A stretch of DNA of 64,000 nucleotides from Stegostoma tigrinum (lineage: Eukaryota): assembly GCF_030684315.1 (NCBI RefSeq), contig NC_081369.1:32479152-32543151 (forward strand), written 5' to 3'. The number at the start of each line of letters is the position of its first letter. Positions within the stretch are counted from its first letter, which is position 1. Below the pieces are notes generated by a model. It was not told the DNA's origin, did not search any database, and was given only the letters and a program-made list of their open reading frames with translations. Made by a program: the position numbers and the translations under genes. Of the stretch, positions 61,294-64,000 are shown piece after piece.

Positions 61294-62091
61294 ATGGTGG
61301 ACCACCTAATGAACACGGAGATCAATACACAACGAATAGCTGCAGTCGAAAATTGCTTTGGAGCAACAGGTCAGCCTCTGGTCATGCATGGGCGAGTACT
61401 TGTAGGTGAAGGATTATTGACAAAAGTCTGTCGCAAGAAGCCAAAACCCCGAATGTTTTTCCTATTTAATGACATCCTGGTATATGGAAGTATTATCATC
61501 CCCAAGAAAAAGTACACCAGTCAACAGATAATACCACTGGAGGATGTCAATGTTGAAGATCTTGCAGATAATGACAGTCTGAAAAATCAATGGATGATAA
61601 AAACCTCACGAAAATCATTCATAGTGTGTGCTGCAACCCGGTCTGAAAAAGAAGACTGGATAAAGCACATTAACAATTGTGTTAAAAAACTGCTGGAAAA
61701 GACAGGAAGGGCGCCACCTACTGAACATGCAGCCCCTTGGATACCAGACAAGATGACAGAAATCTGCATGCGGTGCACTCAAAAGAAGTTCAACACTTTA
61801 ATTCGCAGGCACCACTGTCGGAACTGTGGCTTTGTGGTGTGTTATTCTTGTTCAAAGCACAAGTTTCTTATGCCTAAGCTGTCATCAAAGCCTTTAAGGG
61901 TATGCACATTGTGTTACAATAAATTGATGGAAGAGAAGGGTAAAATCTCAACATTAGACCAAAAAGCAGATGAGATCACTGATCTGAATGGTGATGAAGA
62001 TGATGACAAATCCAGTGATGAGGAGAAGCAAGAGCTGGGACAGGATCCATTATTTTCAACAGATCTCTCTTGGTCCTCTTTCCACACTTAG
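61294..62091 (+). CDS. PLEKHF1: Pleckstrin homology and FYVE domain-containing 1 (Phafin-1), 265 aa, single coding exon
   Basis: MVDHLMNTEINTQRIAAVENCFG start, PH domain, FYVE motifs WIPD..RRHHCRNCG..RVC, acidic tail and WSSFHT end. The MVDHL start, WIPDK and WSxFHx terminus match PLEKHF1 rather than PLEKHF2. Splice acceptor AG ends at 61261. Confidence 0.93.
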   Translation: MVDHLMNTEINTQRIAAVENCFGATGQPLVMHGRVLVGEGLLTKVCRKKPKPRMFFLFNDILVYGSIIIPKKKYTSQQIIPLEDVNVEDLADNDSLKNQWMIKTSRKSFIVCAATRSEKEDWIKHINNCVKKLLEKTGRAPPTEHAAPWIPDKMTEICMRCTQKKFNTLIRRHHCRNCGFVVCYSCSKHKFLMPKLSSKPLRVCTLCYNKLMEEKGKISTLDQKADEITDLNGDEDDDKSSDEEKQELGQDPLFSTDLSWSSFHT

Positions 62092-63679
62092 TCATATACG
62101 CAAGTCAACTAACTCAACAATTACATTATGAAGTGAAAACAGGTCTCTTTCAAGCAATTTTCAGAGAAATGAGACACTAATTTTACTTCACACTAACAAA
62201 TATAAAGTGCTTATTTTGCTTTGCAATGCAGTATACTTTTTTTTCTGTTGTTTTGCATACAAACTAGATTTGACAGATTTGCCATTGCATAAGGGTACTT
62301 ACGCAATTTATATTTCAGGGGCAGAGTTTGATGCTCACTCCCAAGGCGTGTTTTGAGGCAGGGGTCATTTAATTGAATGGAAAGTTCCCACATGGAGATG
62401 TCTCTGACTTCCCACCTCTGCCCTGATTATTTCCAGAGAAGATGAGTGGGAAAGCTGTCTAAGCTTTCCTACCCAAATGCCAATTGAAGTCATTATGTGG
62501 CCAATTAATACCCAGTTAATTGTCTTATCCTGCTGCCACATATTCAAAGAACCAAGGGCAATCCAATTTCTATACAACAAGCCCAAATGACAAAACCTAT
62601 TGTATTTTCCTGGAAACTCCCATACGGGACTTTATCACGCAGGCACTCAGTGCCTGATGAAGGGACCTGGCAATAGATAGGGAGGCAGTATGGTGCTTTT
62701 GAAAGCCATCCCACTGTTTTTTTCTACGAAGCCCATTCATACGTGGTCCATTGATCCTACTTCTGCAATTCTCGTTTCACTTCTATCTTGTGTCTCATGT
62801 TAATTTTCGCCTCAAATATGTGCATGACAGGCAACCCCAAGTTGGTCCCCAGTAACTTTAATGATAATAAAAGAATTGCTGACCTTAGTTGGTTGGAAAC
62901 TCTCAGGTTGGGTAGAACTTCCACCTCTGGGGTAGGCTCTGCCAGATTGATTTCTGCCTTATAGCTACATAACACTTACACCGTAGGTATATACGCTATT
63001 GTGATTAATCCTGAATGTCACATTCCATGAAGATTTCTGGTTCAGTTCCTGATTAATTAATTAGCTAATCTCAGCTTTGGGGATGGTCAAAGTTTGAGAA
63101 TTTGTGTCCAAACCTCTGATAAGGGAAAAGAAAATTAACAGAGATTTCCACTCTTAATCAAATGAGGTTGAAATTAGACTTGAGTTTGAGGGTAGTCAAG
63201 ATCGGGTATTCTCTGTGCTTACATGTGAATATTTGTTCCTCAGCTCCCGGGCCACCAAATGTGCTTCAGGTTTAACTATCCACCTCTGACAAGAAAGAAC
63301 AGGTGGACAAATGAATAAATATTGAACCAATTCACATCAAAACACCATGTTCCACAACAGTCCCTAAACAAATAGACTTAGAGCTTTTCAATATATTGCT
63401 TCTGGAAAGCTTGATATAAATCTTGTGTCATGTAGCATTTGCAATTTGTAACACAGTCAAGTAACTCTGTTATGCTTAATCGATTTCTGAAGAAGTGCAA
63501 TTGTATGTCTACATTTAGAAATTAATCATTTAACAAATCCTTCAAATCACCCAAAATTATCCTAAAGATCTGCCGTCTTTGATGAAACAAGAAACAATTA
63601 AATACAGCATGTGATTTGATTCTGATTTAATTAAACTTGAGGAAACTTGGAGCGGTGCGTGAGGCAAAAGCAATGGCAT

Positions 63680-64000
63680 CAGAAAGAACAAGGTGTAGGG
63701 CTGGATGAACACAGCAGGCCAAGCAGCGTCTTAGGAGCAGGAAAGCTGACCTGATGAAGGGTCTAGGCCCGAAACGTCAGTTTTCCTGCTCCTAAGATGC
63801 TGCTTGGCCTGTGATAATGGGAACTGCAGATGCTGGAGAATCCAAGGTAACAAAGTGTGGAGCTGGATGAATACAGCAGGCCAAGCAGCATCTCAGGAGC
63901 ACAAAAGCTGACGTTTCGGGCCTAGACCCTTCATCAGAGAGCGCCGAAGGGTTGGCCTAGGCCTGAAACATCAGTTTTTGTGCTCCTGAGTTGCTGCTTG
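63680..64000. mobile_element. Cluster of Penelope 3' termini in alternating orientation
   Basis: Repeated GCTGGATGAACACAGCAGGCCAAGCAGC and CTGATGAAGGGTCTAGGCCCGAAACGTCAG on both strands. Confidence 0.85.

Noticed and set aside
1-64000. CRISPR arrays, prokaryotic operons or defence systems, rRNA
   Set aside because: Spliceosomal introns and vertebrate retroelements throughout; repeats are dispersed TE ends, not regularly spaced arrays.

Overview
Eukaryotic, repeat-rich vertebrate genomic DNA. The repeat content (Penelope-like elements, CR1 LINEs, tRNA-derived SINEs with CR1-type tails) suggests a cartilaginous fish; this is inference. Two host genes lie on the + strand. (1) A 13-coding-exon gene model, assembled by hand from GT-AG sites and exon phases (2690..39846, 3957 nt, 1318 codons plus stop). 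It encodes a predicted type-I membrane protein: signal peptide, IgV and IgC1 (B7-H6/NCR3LG1-like ectodomain), transmembrane helix, cytoplasmic Ig-C1-like domain lacking its second Cys, CARD, FISNA-like/NACHT and RI-type LRRs. This is a B7-family surface ligand apparently fused to a complete NLR, with a canonical ISRE just upstream and one in-frame TAG inside the NACHT exon. (2) A single-coding-exon PLEKHF1 (Phafin-1; PH+FYVE). The rest is mostly retroelements. These include a Penelope RT+GIY-YIG reading frame open for >800 codons off the left edge, several TSD-flanked fold-back Penelope insertions, and many minimal hammerhead ribozyme motifs. There is a 143-nt N gap at 37057..37199. Repeat boundaries are approximate.
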